64,000 nucleotides of DNA from Octopus sinensis. Taxonomy: Eukaryota. Under the pieces are notes generated by a model. The model was given only the letters and a program-made list of their open reading frames with translations. It made no database searches and had not been told where the DNA came from. The stretch lies in the NCBI RefSeq assembly GCF_006345805.1, contig NC_043004.1:38812001-38876000 (forward strand). Direction: 5' to 3'. Below, piece after piece: positions 1 through 14,579 of the stretch. Position 1 is the first letter of the stretch, and each line of letters begins with the position of its first letter. The translations under genes were made by a program, and so were the position numbers.

Positions 1-1156
1 ACAGAGAATGAAAAGCAAGGAGAGGAACACGTGGAAGGCAGAGAAAGTACTGTTTGGCTTTTAAGGCTAATCGTAAGTTATAGAGCCAATGTATAGCATT
101 TTGGGTTTTTGTATTTGGTTTGCGAGATTCTTTATAGAACAGACCAAAAAGAAGTCATCGAAAATGTTGACGGTGGCAATAAAAGTATTTTCACAAGCCA
201 AACGTTATTGACTCTTTAACTAAAAAATTAAGCACACGATCAAGTAGGTAATTAGATAGATATATAACCAATGACTAATAATAAAAGAGTGGAATTGATG
301 CATTGAGGGCAATGTCAATATTGCCGTAATGACTCTCCCTAGACACAATATCATGTATAATAATTTTGAGAGAAATTTCAATGTAAGTTTTATTTTTCTA
401 CTGCTTTTGACGATTTAAACCACACAATCAACGTAAAGCCTATACCATTTCTCTAAACACGTTTTAACGATCAGTCTCATTCTTCTCATTTCTCAGCGTA
501 TCGTTATAGATAAGAGAAAGGTATTCAAAAATACCACTCCCAAAAAGACATTGAGGTCATGACAAAATGCTGTTTATCATAGCATTATGAGGGTATGGAC
601 TTAACAACAAATCTCAATTTATATATCAATAGCATCAGTTTACTTTAGGTAGATGGCTGTATCGAGGGAAAATGCTAAATTCTGCTTGCTTACTCATGTA
701 CATTGGTTACACAAAATCCTGTCGATATTGAGGATAACTGGAGTATTTCTGATGTCGCGCTTAGTGAAGCAGTGTCGCGGAAGATGTTAACATGTTATCA
801 TACTCATCAGTTATCAGAAACAATACAAAAGTATTGTAACATGTCAGATACAACTAAACAATATAACAAGATAATGTTAGAAACAATATATTAAATTCTA
901 ATTAGATAATTATAGAAGGGGAGTTTTCCTATGCTACAAATCAAATGCCTACTGAAAAATATTCATCAAGCTGATTTATGCATCATTTAAAAATGGCTGT
1001 GATATCTCGATCGTTACAATGGTACAATAATCCAAAATTATATGTTGATGTTCCAATATTCCTTTGAGCCTTCTAGTGCTAACATGCAGTAATGAATAAA
1101 CGTACGTAATCTCATCGAATATGGTTCAAATTAATCTAAATTTGCTCTCCTTCCAG

Positions 1157-1228
1157 GAGAATGGAATTGAAGAAAGAAAAGCAAACTTGAATTATGTGAA
1201 TCAAAAGTCGTTCAATCGAGAGAACAAT
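1157..1228 (+). CDS. Putative internal coding exon (72 nt, phase 0-0) of an unidentified multi-exon gene; ENGIEERKANLNYVNQKSFNRENN
   Basis: Acceptor tttgctctccttccag, donor AAT/gtacgt, open frame, length divisible by 3. No homology recognised. Confidence 0.5.
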
Positions 1229-1351
1229 GTACGTATTATATAGGCAACAGATTTTCTCATTGTGCATTCGTAATAATGTCAATGGCATTATGCAATGGAG
1301 ACCATAGAAAGAGGTGCAGCTGTGTATATGTGTGTGTATGTGTGTATGTAT

Positions 1352-1506
1352 AGGCGTAGGAGTGGCTGTGTGGTAAGTAGCTCGCTTACGAACCACATGT
1401 TTCCGGGTTCAGTCTCACTGTGTGGCATCTTGGGCAAGTGTGTTCGGATATAGCCTCGTGCCGACCAAAGCCTTGTGAGTGGATTTGGTAGACGGAAACT
1501 GAAAGA

Positions 1507-1541
<35 letters not shown>

Positions 1542-1760
1542 CGTGTTTGCGTGTCTGTGTTTGTCCCCCTAACATCGCTTGACAACCGATGGGGGTGTGT
1601 TTACTTCCCCGTAACTTAGCGGTTCGGCAAAAGAAACCGATAGAATAAGTACTAGACTTACAAAATAAGTCCTGGGGTCGATTTAGTCGACTAAAGGCAG
1701 TGCTCCAGCAGGGCCACAGTGAAATGACTAAAACAAGTAAAAGAGTAAAAGAGTAAGAGT
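1352..1760 (+). mobile_element. tRNA-derived CORE-type SINE (family A), full length, with internal (TA)n(TG)n
   Basis: Head ggcgtaggagtggctgtgtggtaag, B-box-like ggttcagtc, CORE-like ttgggcaagtg, 3' tail gactaaaacaagtaaaagagtaaaagagt. Near-identical copies at 5422 and 24332. Confidence 0.9.
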
Positions 1761-1770
1761 ATGTATGTAA

Positions 1771-1813
<43 letters not shown>

Positions 1814-2552
1814 CATATATATACACACATGCACGCTCACATGAGAAATTAGATAGAAATCGCATGTAGAAAAAGGAAAATTAGCAAAATGTTCGCTTCT
1901 CGAAACGAAGTTTTGTTTCATTTTTCTTTCTTCGTCTTGCAACCTATTGCTATCTTACATTCACTAAAATGAAAATTAAATACTACATAATGATATAGAA
2001 AGTTACTAATCATGCAGCTTGTCATGTTTTATGTTCGTAGCAGACGATGCTATCTTTATATGAAAGCCGTCTACATAATAATCTTGCGCTCCTTAAGAAT
2101 ACGTCAAAACTTAAAGTGTAAAATATGCACTAAAAATTATAGAAAGACTATTTTTAACAAAAATAGTTTAATATACATCTGAAGTAGGGTTTGCTAATTC
2201 ACTTACAATTCTCGTATGCTGCTCTAATTTCTCTGATGTATATAACGATTACTATTACCACGTTTCACTGCAGGTTGTATTCGAGAATGTATGAAATGAA
2301 AATTGTAATAAATGGGGAGAAGTGTAAACTGTAGAGAGAATGTAAAATTGCTACGAAACCAACCAGATGCAAGCTAAGATGTTATTTTATTATTGACATG
2401 CGGGGTGGTAAATGCGCACCTTTTGGATTTTCGCTTTGCAAACATTTATACTTCGATTTAACCCTGCTTTAAGGACGGCAAATTATGCAGCGTAAAGACT
2501 GATGCTTTTATGCACGAAAATCAAAGGTGAATTATATTAGAAACTGAATTGA

Positions 2553-2757
2553 AAGCAGCAAACTGGCAGAATCGCTAGATCACCAGCGAAAATGCTTAGC
2601 GACATTTCGTCAGTTGTTACGTTCTGAGTTTAAATTCCGCCGAGGTGGATTTTACAATTCATCCTATTGAATTGGACACTAAGGTCGTTGTAATCAACTT
2701 ACCTCCTCACGCTAAATTACTGGCCAAAATTTGAAATCAATATTAGAAACTGAATTT
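2553..2757 (+). mobile_element. SINE family D (ggcgagctggcagaa...gttcaaattccgccgaggtcgac), degenerate
   Basis: Matches the copies at 20208-20617, 46370-46548 and 56365-56558. Confidence 0.75.
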
Positions 2758-4188
2758 GTAGTATTACAGAAATTCGAGTTGGGTTGCTGAAATCGAACAA
2801 GTTGCAGCAAGTTATATTTGAGTTGTGTTTTTCTAAAGAATAACTCAAACGTTTATGGCATGCAGATAACAGATGAGTTTTAAAATAACGACAAAAAAAT
2901 GTTGGTACTTCTTCAGGTTGATCGCAAATATAGTGAAAAAGAAGGATACACGTTGCAATAAATCTTCAACCAGGATGAGATACATATGATTGGAAATGAA
3001 TGTGAAGCAAATAAAAATATACAAAAACGACAAAAAACAAAAATAACAAATAACAAATAACAAAAAAAGTACTAGGGTGCACATCTTCCAAAGAATATAC
3101 ATATGACTCTCCTCCTTGTTTGTTACGCCCGTATGAGAATTGGTATTAAGCTTGTGCATATGTAAGCCTGTATGTAGATGTGCGCTTGCTATGAAGAAAA
3201 GGTAAGAGCGATAGCGATGTGTTCGTGTGTGTGTGTGTACCTGTACATGCATATGCATGTGGTTTTGTGTGTACAACTGTGTGACAGCTTGTATGCGTGT
3301 TTGTGAGTTTGTGTGTGTGTGCATTAGCTATCCATGACATTTTTAAGGGTTCAGTTGCTGCAAATACGCATTAGAATCTATATATTCCATTGTCTTCTAC
3401 TAAATACTGGTTTGAGATGCTGGGTTTTTGTGACGAGCATTATATGGTAGCAACCTTGGATTCTGCATATATTTCAGCAAATATTGTTGCTCAATATTGT
3501 TGAACGTGTTTTTGTTTTATGTTGTTTCATTGAAAGTGACACTTCCCAAGAAACTGCAAAAATTATTAGGAAAGTAGTAAGAGTATATGCATTTCCATAT
3601 AGTAAGTTCCATACACAAAGCTCTGCGGGGCACTCCCTTCATATACCGAATGGAATTAAGAACAGTTGAACCAACTTTCGATACTATTCCTCCTCTTAGA
3701 GAAGCCAAGTAGTATTGATGCTACCAAGGAAACTCCATGTTGTAGGGGTTCCCACTGTAGCGCAAACCCTCCCTCTTCGTCAGTGGAGCCACCACAAAAA
3801 GCATTCTGAATATATATGCATTCTAACTATGCACCAAATATTTGTATTTTACTCATTGCTGATCAAATTTTTCCTTATTCTTAGCTGAAATATTCGTCTC
3901 ACATCAACCATTTTGTAATAAGACATTTGTTTCTTCCCCCTCTAAATCATGAATCATCACTTTACAGTCCTTCCTATGCCTGGTTCCAGCCAGACACGAT
4001 TTACTGCGTCTCTTCACAAATCCACAACAAAATTCTATCTCAACTGCTTATATGATATATGCCACCCACGTTCCTTATACGATTGTCTAGTCATCTTGAC
4101 GTTTGAAAATCTTTCTTTCATGTGCTCATTCCATATTACTTTTCCAAGATACCATTAACTAACTCGTAAACATGAATGTGCGTATTTG

Positions 4189-4192
<4 letters not shown>

Positions 4193-4248
<56 letters not shown>

Positions 4249-4272
4249 GAAAGAGAGAGAGAGGGAGAAAGA
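4193..4272. repeat. (GA)n microsatellite
   Basis: Directly visible. Confidence 0.98.
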
Positions 4273-5421
4273 AAATAATTTTATACGTAAAATACAATCA
4301 GCATACTATTATCCGTACTTATTCTTGTGTTATGTGTGAGTAATTTACCGTTCTGCATTATTTATAGCTTATATTTTTAGCACTAGAACAATAGCAATTT
4401 TTCGCTACTTCCTTTACATTTTATCACAAACGAATGCCAAGCGCGTTAAGAATATTTGCATATATTCTAGGCGTGACCGGCTTATGATTTCCAGATGTAA
4501 TTATTTCACTACATTTACGTCAGTAATCCTTTTGTGGAAACCATGATCGTTTCACGCTTTCAACATGAATATGAAGCTGTTTACTGTGTACACGGTTTGT
4601 TTTGTAATTAGTTTAAAGGATAATTGGTGGTTTATTCTTGCATTGATTCGATCCGCAATAACCAAAAGATTTTTTTTTCAAAATAACACTTACCGTTTGG
4701 TCAGATTCGAAGTATTAACATCCCTGGATGATAGATTTATTACGAAATACTTCTATAACGACTGTCGAAACACCCTGAAATATAAATGATAGATTTAAAA
4801 GAACATATCAATGTTATAATATTTAAAAATTAAATAAGAATATTTTGATGCTTTACTTACCTTGTATGCCACAATATAAAAATACCCCTGAAAATATGTG
4901 TACCAGGTAGTGAACAAGTCAAATGAACTATCACAATTCACTTAAAGTTATCTGTTATGCGAGAAAGACATTTTGAGAAACATATTCTCGTCTTATAGCC
5001 AATAACGTTCGCTATCAAATGCACGAGGGAATCTATATAATCTTTTATCCTCCAAACATAAGGAGAAAGATCTCCATCAAAACATACCTCACTTCTGAAA
5101 AGGAAGAAAGATGATAATAGATATGTCCTAGATAGACGAAAATGTACGAAACGCCCTTGGGTGTAACATCATTCATACTGGGTTTGTTTCCGAGCAAAGG
5201 GACCGGAAGTAAAATACTTAAAGGGAAACTGTAAAACATTTCAAACTCGTTTTCTGTTTGCACAGCCCTTTTGAAATCTCACATCAAAAGTCTCTAGCTT
5301 AAGTGAGATGTACTCGTCATCTCTCTCGGCAATTGGCATACACATAAGTTGAATTTGATGCTGCAAATATTTTGGCGAAAAAGTTGACAATTGGGTAAAG
5401 TCTATATAATTTCTTCAACAT

Positions 5422-5848
5422 AGCCGCAAGAGCGGCTCTGTGGTAAGTAGCTTGCTTACCAACCAAATGGTTCCGGGTTCAGTCCCACTGCGTGGCATGT
5501 TGGGCAAGTGTCTTCTGCTATAGCCTCGGGTCGACCAAAGGCCTTGTGAGTGGATTTGGTAAACAGAAACTGAAAGAAGCCTGTCGTGTATATATATATA
5601 TATTATATATATATATGTATGTGTGTGTGTCTATAGGTTTGTGTGTCTGTGTTTGTCCCCCTAGCATTGCTTAACAACCGATGCTGGTGTGTTTACGTCC
5701 CCGTCACTTAGCGGTTCGGCAAAAGAGACCGATAGAATAAGTACTAGGCTTACAAAGAATAAGTCCTGGGGTTGATTTTCTCGACTAAATGCGGTGCTCC
5801 AGCATGGCCACAGTCAAATGACTGAAACAAGTAAAAGAGTAAAAGAGT
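5422..5848 (+). mobile_element. SINE family A, full length
   Basis: Same head, CORE-like segment, internal microsatellite and aaaagagt tail as 1352-1760. Confidence 0.9.
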
Positions 5849-6218
5849 ATCATTCAAAGAACCAGGAAATGAATTTATTGTAGTGAAAATGTTATTCCTT
5901 CCAGTACGAATGCTCAGCTGGAATCAGTGTCAGTTACGTGATATGTACGAGTGTTCGATATGCAAACTCGTTTTCAATGGTCCATAGACACCCTCTTTCA
6001 TATTTATCTTTCTAGTCAAATTGGTGTCCAAGGGCCATCTAATTTCCACAACAGAACTTTGTGGTCGCTCACATCAATATCCGGTCGGTTGTGTTTTAAT
6101 TTGCGACTGTTTTAATTTTTAAGTTCAACCTATATCCTTCAGCGGCATCGCTCTCAATATGGTAAACATGCCCTGTACATTTGTTACTTATCAATGTTTT
6201 CTGCTATTTACGCTCTAG

Positions 6219-6233
6219 GCACTCGATGGGGAT
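6219..6233 (+). CDS. Candidate 15-nt microexon (GCACTCGATGGGGAT; ALDGD in phase 0)
   Basis: Acceptor ttttctgctatttacgctctag and consensus donor gtaagt. Too short to validate from sequence alone. Confidence 0.25.
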
Positions 6234-6739
6234 GTAAGTATGTACGTATATGTGCATATTAGATGAATTTACCATTAAAAATAAACACGCGCATATATAT
6301 GTTCTTTAGAAATTACATTATTTAAGCAACCCATCGCATGCGCGAGATATATCTTAAAGCTACATATGAGCAGTTTAAACTTCAACGAGCATGGCAACGA
6401 TTTAATGTAAAAGTGATAAACAAAATATATAGGTGCAATAAAATTAGTTTTATGTTGTCAGTCGTACAGATTGATATATATTTACATAACTAATCAATAA
6501 GCATCTTAATTAACGTAAAGAACAGAGATTCCGAACGCGTAGAATTTGTTTATTTACATGAAAAGCAATTGTTTTTTGTCCCAGAAAGTCAATTAATTAC
6601 ATAGGTTTATCTTTTCACATATTTATATGGTATTGGAAATTTACTAAATCCATGTATAGATTCACCTATAGTAATCAATACATTGCTATACGTACTTATA
6701 CTGCATGTACTTATATGTACGTACACGCACACTCAAACG

Positions 6740-6754
6740 CGAACGCAAATACAC

Positions 6755-6823
<69 letters not shown>

Positions 6824-7028
6824 CATATTTATAAATACATAAATATATATAAATACACATACATATATGCATACATATATACACACATACACACAAACAC
6901 ACACACACACGCTCAAATGCGCATGCACATTCACACATACATATATATACAAATATATAAATACATACAAATACATACATACACACATACACACACATAC
7001 ACACACATAAACACACACATACACACAT

Positions 7029-7060
<32 letters not shown>
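6740..7060. repeat. Compound (CA)n/(TA)n microsatellite
   Basis: Directly visible; source of ORFs 6652-7123. Confidence 0.97.
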
Positions 7061-7062
<2 letters not shown>

Positions 7063-8059
7063 GCTTGTATGTAGAGTGTTTCAGATTATTCGTTCCACAA
7101 GTCCAAAACAAGAAATGGATTGAAAATGAAGAAGTCTAGGATTAATTAAATTTACACATATGACCAAAATTCACATGTCTTTTTTTTCAAATATGAACGA
7201 AAGGGTAGAATTTCAGCTTTTTAAGAATAGCACGATTCGTATAAAATACACAGAGATAAAAATTTTAACAAATAAAAAGCTGAAAGTAAATATTGGATGA
7301 AAAAATAAATGGCGTCAAATTTACTTTCTATTGAAATAAATTGCTAGGAAAACGTATATACAATCGCAAAAACACATATACACGTAAACGCTTATATATA
7401 TATATATATAAACACGTATATATGAACAAGGTACAGCTCAGGTACTGAGACCAATACTGTCGACCGTTCTCCTTACCAACAGATCCTAACCTTGTGCCTG
7501 TGGTGGTGTGTATTTATTGACAAAGAAGAATCAGCAATGACCCAACGACCACCAACTGAGACAAGATATGTGTATATATATATATATATATATATTCGAG
7601 CAAAACGCCCCCCGTACAATGGACGGTGCTGAATCATATCTGCTGAATACAGAGCAATCAGTGTTTTGTTTTCATTAAAAAATAATTAAGCATGCCTTTT
7701 GTTTTCTTTTCATTAAAAAATAATTAAGCATGCCTTTATTTCAATAAAAGTTTTGGTTTTGTTAAACGAATTCAGGCAATAAAAACTTCTTGAGAAACCA
7801 AATAGTCTTCCTTCCTGCCAAGTTTGAAGAACATATCTTTTTTGCATCTTACTTTTTTGGTGTCTTAAATATACTGCATTTTGTGGCATTATTTCAAGCC
7901 ACCCGGCTTTTTTTTGCGCAAACTGCACGTGCAATTTTCTCGTGTACGCGTAGTATCGATGACAACAGCTGATGTACATGCGCGTACAAATGCACGTCCC
8001 CACGGCTTTATCGGCCGCATTCTCACCTGGAATTGATATTTGTAATTTGTTTCGAGACT

Positions 8060-8177
8060 TATACACGCCATGATACCGTCGGTATCTACATATCAAATTT
8101 GAGCGCAATCGGATGAAGGATGGCCGAGATCCTAGAAGATACACACACAGACAAACAGAACGGATTTTATATAATAG

Positions 8178-8178
<1 letters not shown>
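8060..8178 (-). mobile_element. 5' end of a non-autonomous Helitron
   Basis: Minus strand reads A|TCTATTATATAAAATCCG...tgtctgtgtgtg. Shares atcaaatttgagcg with the Helitron at 22625. Confidence 0.6.
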
Positions 8179-8244
<66 letters not shown>

Positions 8245-8497
8245 GTGTGTGTGTGTGCGTGTGTGTGTGTGTATGTGTATGTGCGTGTGTGTAACTTTCA
8301 TAAGTATCGGCCAGTATAGGCCCAGGCCACGTCTAACTCAATAGCACCACCTATGCCACTAACATAGGTGGTTGACTAAATGTATGTATGAGCGTATGAA
8401 AGTATGGAATAGATATATGTGAGTACTTATATGAATGTTTGATTGTGTGTGTGTGTGTGTGTGAGTTTGTGTGTTTGAGTGCGTTTATGTGTTTGTG

Positions 8498-9195
<698 letters not shown>

Positions 9196-9749
9196 ATTCC
9201 ATATATATATATATATATATATGTGAGTGAGTATGTGTGTTTCAGCACGTTGAAGGATGTATATATGTGTAGATAGCTTTGTTTGAGTGAATACACACGA
9301 TTGCAGATAAATTTCTATTGTCTCTATATAAATAACAACGGAAGAGCAATATAAGCAGAAAAAGAAAAGAAAGTGCAACCTATTTATAATAAGATATATT
9401 TCTGTTCGAAAGATTAAATATCTAATGCTTCAAAAAGCAATGTGCTAGATAACTTCATGTTTGATTAACTTGTTCACTAATAACACAAAATATAAAATAT
9501 ATTGTATTATTGTAAAATATAAAATACAACCAGTGCGTGTGTTCGTTATCGGCAAAATGATTTTTCATGCTATAAAATACAGCAATAGCTGTTTCAGTTG
9601 TTGTTTTCAAATGAAGAATCTTGTACAACTAATACGAAATTAAAATAGCATGCATTTTTATTATCTCTTACGTATGTACCTTAACTTATGAAAATCCATA
9701 TCTGCAAACATACACACGCACAGACTCACACATACATAAATAAATATGC

Positions 9750-9829
<80 letters not shown>

Positions 9830-9928
9830 CATAAACATGAAAACACAAAGACAAAAACGCAACGACGCGAGGACGTGGAACACAAGTATAGTGTTATTGG
9901 ACGTTCGGAAAGGAAAGAAAGAAGGACG

Positions 9929-9963
9929 ATTTAACGTTTCAGGCGGAGCTCTTCGTCAGAAAT
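9929..9963 (-). ncRNA. Minimal type I hammerhead-like motif (Penelope/retrozyme type) in a short repeat between (TA)n arrays
   Basis: Minus strand: attt-CTGACGA-agagctccgcct-GAAA-cgt-t-aaat. Core intact, 4-bp stem I, stem II imperfect, palindromic ACGT stem III. Confidence 0.5.
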
Positions 9964-10102
9964 ATAGGAAAAGGAAAGGTCCAAGGAAGGGAAGACGGAG
10001 GAAAAAAATCGCCAATGATACACACGCGGTCACATATTGACTATATATATAATACATACATACATACATACATACATATATTTATATATATATATTATAT
10101 AT

Positions 10103-10159
<57 letters not shown>

Positions 10160-10231
10160 CTGCACAATCCACGTTCAACGCCATTTCTTCCATTCACTAA
10201 TTATATATATATATATATATAAATATATATA

Positions 10232-10272
<41 letters not shown>

Positions 10273-10429
10273 GTATATACATACACACATACATACATAC
10301 ATAATACATCCATCCATCCATCCATACATACATACATACATACTTACATACATACATACACACATACATATATACATATGCGTATGTGTGTTTGTGTGCA
10401 TGTACGTATTAATCTACTAAAGTATAACA

Positions 10430-10970
10430 GTTTTCCATTTTTTTTGTCGGTTGAAGACCAGACTCATTGATGACGACCGTCGACCTCCTGAACGAAGGAA
10501 AACGACATAAAATAGTCATAAACTGATCTTGGACGACCGTCATCGAACAACTGATGAACTTGTTGATGTGATTGGTAAGTCCTGGACCACCTGCCAACGA
10601 ATTTTGAACTACGAATTGCAAATGAAAAGAGTTGCAGCAAAAATTGTGCATCGCTTGCTCAGGGAAGATCAAAAGCAGTTATGACCTAATGCGTGCCGTG
10701 AACTGAAAGTTGGAAGTTGATCCGGGCCTTTTTTTGGAAGGTCGACACTGATGACTGAAGCTGGTACTAGGGAATTTGCAGATGTGGATGAGGTGAAGAT
10801 AAAAACGGCGGAGGTGTTAAAAGGCATCACGTAAGAATTCCTGCACTGCTTCGAATAGTGGAAAACGCGCCTGGACCGATGTGGAAAACACTTTGAAGGT
10901 GATAAAAATGTAAACACGTAAAAGTCAGTGGATAAAATATTGGAAAATGCCGGTTTCTTTTGGGGATATA
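10430..10970 (+). pseudogene. Internally deleted mariner transposase remnant (irritans-like)
   Basis: Reads HKLILDDRHRTTDELVDVIGKSWTTCQRILNYELQMKRVAAKIVHRLL, then jumps to the C-terminal FADVDEVKIKTAEVLKGI...WKTRLDRC..HFEGDK. Contains stops. Confidence 0.85.
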
Positions 10971-11690
10971 CATCAAAAAGGATCACAAGATTTTACCGAG
11001 TCATACGCCGGACCCCGAATTCTGCGATGGATATATTCGCTGCGAATCCATAATGTTAATACCAGGATTGCAGCACCCGTAATAGCTAAGCCACGAGCAC
11101 CCACACGCGCGCGCGTACACACACTTATGTACTTATATATATATACTCTTATATTCATAGTTAAATGCATAGATAGAAACATATATACATGCATGCCTAT
11201 CTACAAATTTACGTAGATATATTGACAAAGGAATATGTGTCTGTAAGGGACAATTGTAGTCGAATGAAAAACAGCACAATTTATTAAATATCTCATTCAA
11301 AACATCTTAAAATTAAGAATATTTAAAAATGTATTTTAATATCTTTAGATATTGACACTTAGCCGACCTCTGAAAATGAGTACATCAAAAAAGAAACACT
11401 TAGAAATTTGAAAATTTGTGTGTGTTTGAGTATGTTTGACTGTATGTATTCGAAGGTAGGTATGTTTATTTGTTTGTTTGTTTCTTTCTTTGTGTGTGTG
11501 CGTGTGCGCGTAGTTGCAGCTATACTGCAACATTGCTAGCGGGAATAAACACATATTAATGCACATACATTTAAGAAGCTTGTTTATGCATATATATATA
11601 TATAATAAATATAAGGAATAAATCCAAACTTAAGTTTTTCATTGTTTGATTTGCCTAATAGTGGTTTTGTCTCTAATTTAATATAATATA

Positions 11691-11723
<33 letters not shown>

Positions 11724-11999
11724 AATATATATATATTCGTGTGTCAATATTTTATATTTCTCTTGGTTTTTACACGTAATTACATATTTAAATATGACTT
11801 TTAGCTCAGCAAACAAACAACAGTATTTTCAGTAAATATTTTCAATTCAATTATTGGTCGTCGGTTGTGTTAACTAATGCCGTTCCGTATATGTGAATAT
11901 ATCTACTAATAAATTTAATTTGAAAATATATATGTATGCATGCATGTATGTATGTAAGTATGTATGGATTTGTGTATATATATATATATATATCCTTAT

Positions 12000-12194
<195 letters not shown>

Positions 12195-13474
12195 CCATTT
12201 CGTTATTTTGTCTGTCTTATGTTTTGAATTCAAATTTATCCGAAGTCGACTCTGCCTTTCGTTTTTTCGGAGTCGATGAAAATGTGTAACAAATGAACAT
12301 TGGGTTCGATATAATCAATTTACATCCTTCTCGAAATTGCTGGCCTTTTGCCAAAATTTGAAACCGACATTGACACTGACATATAATATTTTAACAATTA
12401 ATTCTCCTATATTTCTTTACTGTTATTTTGAGACATGCATGTGGTAAAGAAACTCGCTTTGAAATGTTGCTTTTGGCGCTCTTCCACTATATATAGTGAG
12501 AGAGAGGGATAGATAGATAGATAGATATAGATACGGATAAATAGAAATAGTGTGCATGTGTGAGTGCGTGTGTGTTTGCGTGTGTGTGTGTTTCTGACTG
12601 TGATCGCCCGTAGTCACCGTTTGAAATCTGTTACTGGTTTGTTTATTCCCCAGTAACATAGTTGTTTGATAAGTAGGATCAATAATAATAATACCCGATT
12701 TTCAAAGAAAATTAGTTCGACAATAAGTCTTCAAAGCGGTCTCTCAGCAAATATAAAAGAAAAAAATCACCTCATTGCGAACTCTATTCATATAGTTTCT
12801 ATGCTTGATCGCTTGGACAACCAGATATAGCAACTCGATACCTTTTAGTTACAGCATATCTTCAGAAAATCCAAGTACACATTGTATAATACTGTCCTAG
12901 ATATTCTTTGTCAGGCGATAAGTCTGGTCGATAGCCTTGTAATGCCTTTGGTCTGAGACAGAGTTCAGCTGATGTTAAACAGCAACAAAAACATCAATTC
13001 GTTTATTGGAGAACATTTAGCAAATATAGTTCTATTACCCTTAATTCAAAAATCTATGCCATTCCTTACGTATTCATTGCTTTAAGATACGAGTAGTCCT
13101 TTTTATAGTATGCGTGATAAATGCTGATGTTTATTCACACTGATTAGTGTGTTTCCACGGCAGGAAACGGTTGTTAAAAAACGATAAATAATAGTGTGTT
13201 CTATGTAGCTATTAACTATATTTCTGGGAAATTAGTGTTAGATTTCTAAGACAACGATTTAATATACTTGGCTTATTGAATTGCTTTCGAATGTTAACAT
13301 TTTCTGCAACTTTGCCAACAAACTCTAAATAAAAATGACTGCACCTCCACCTGTTTGTCTTTACGTAAAACACGATAATTTTTTTAATCTTCCGTATAAC
13401 TGTAATGAAGTAGCTTTCTAACTGTTGTTGCTAAGAAGATGGCAAACCATATGACTGAGTGATGTTTCTGTCAG

Positions 13475-13516
13475 AGAATCAAGTCTGGTCAATACAGATT
13501 TTTGGCAAAGAATGTA
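13475..13516 (+). CDS. Candidate 42-nt exon (RIKSGQYRFLAKNV in phase 0)
   Basis: Acceptor gatgtttctgtcag, donor gtaagc. All three frames are open, so support is weak. Confidence 0.2.
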
Positions 13517-13844
13517 GTAAGCAAAACACGGTTTTTGTCTCTATAGAGATAGTCAGATACATACAGGGAAACAACTTTTCTACACTCAATCACTTATACT
13601 CTTTCTTTCTTATTCACCCTCATTTTAAGACCTTTTATATCAATTATGTTGGCCCGATAAACCTATCATTCACTCTTCTTTTTATACCTAAAATGCAGGA
13701 TCTTCTTTGCCTCGCTAGGCACAAATAATTTATGCACGATTAAACTTACATTTCTATAGAAAGTCTTCGATGCCATATAGGTTAGTGAATGGTGGGTGAA
13801 ATAAGGTAAGTTTGATTTCACACTTAGGACATAATATTAAGCCG

Positions 13845-14290
13845 TGAATACCCACCATTCATCAGAAAAATTACGTTCCAGCCTCCCAAACATCCAGTCA
13901 ACATCGTGGTGTTTGGAGTGATCTCTAATGATGGCGACGTTATGCTTCCATCCATCTTCTCATACAGCCTCACACTAAACACGGAGGCATACATCAAGTA
14001 CCTGGAGAAGGTAGTGCTTCCCTGGATCAAGGGATGGCTGCTGGAGGACCCTATGTCTGGCAACAGGACTCTGCATAATGTCACATAAGCAGGAGAACCC
14101 AGTCAAGTCTGTTTGGCAATTTGTGCGACCACATCACCCTAACATCTGTCAACCTAAGTCTCAAGACTGCACCCCCTACCTGATTATTATGTGTGGGGTA
14201 CAGTTGGGCGTGAGACCAACAAAATTCCTTGTAGATGAACTGAAGGCAAGGATTATGGCAGCATTCGCCAACTTAAACAAGGAGACTACC
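13845..14290 (+). pseudogene. Tc1/mariner maT (DD37D, Bmmar1-like) transposase catalytic-domain remnant
   Basis: Frameshifted reading KHPVNIVVFGVISNDGDVMLPSIFSYSLTLNTEAYIKYLEKVVLPWIK...YVWQQDSA...DYYVWG.V.RETNK...DELKARIMAAFANLNKET. Confidence 0.85.
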
Positions 14291-14579
14291 CTGAAGAGGA
14301 AGTCAGTTTGTTGGCCAGAGATTTGCTTACCTTCAGTTCCCTCTGAGTCACTTAAATATGTACTTTAATTTCCTATATACCTTTGCTCCAATGTCTTCTT
14401 TCTTTTACTACTCCAAATTAGACACACCCACAATTTATAGGGAAACATTAACAAATTTGAATAATACAAATTACGAGTCTATTGAATTTTATCTTGCAGT
14501 ATTAATATTTTATATTGTGACAGTGAGTGATTAACGCATATTTAAATATATTACTAACAAATTCCCTGAACAATTTCAG

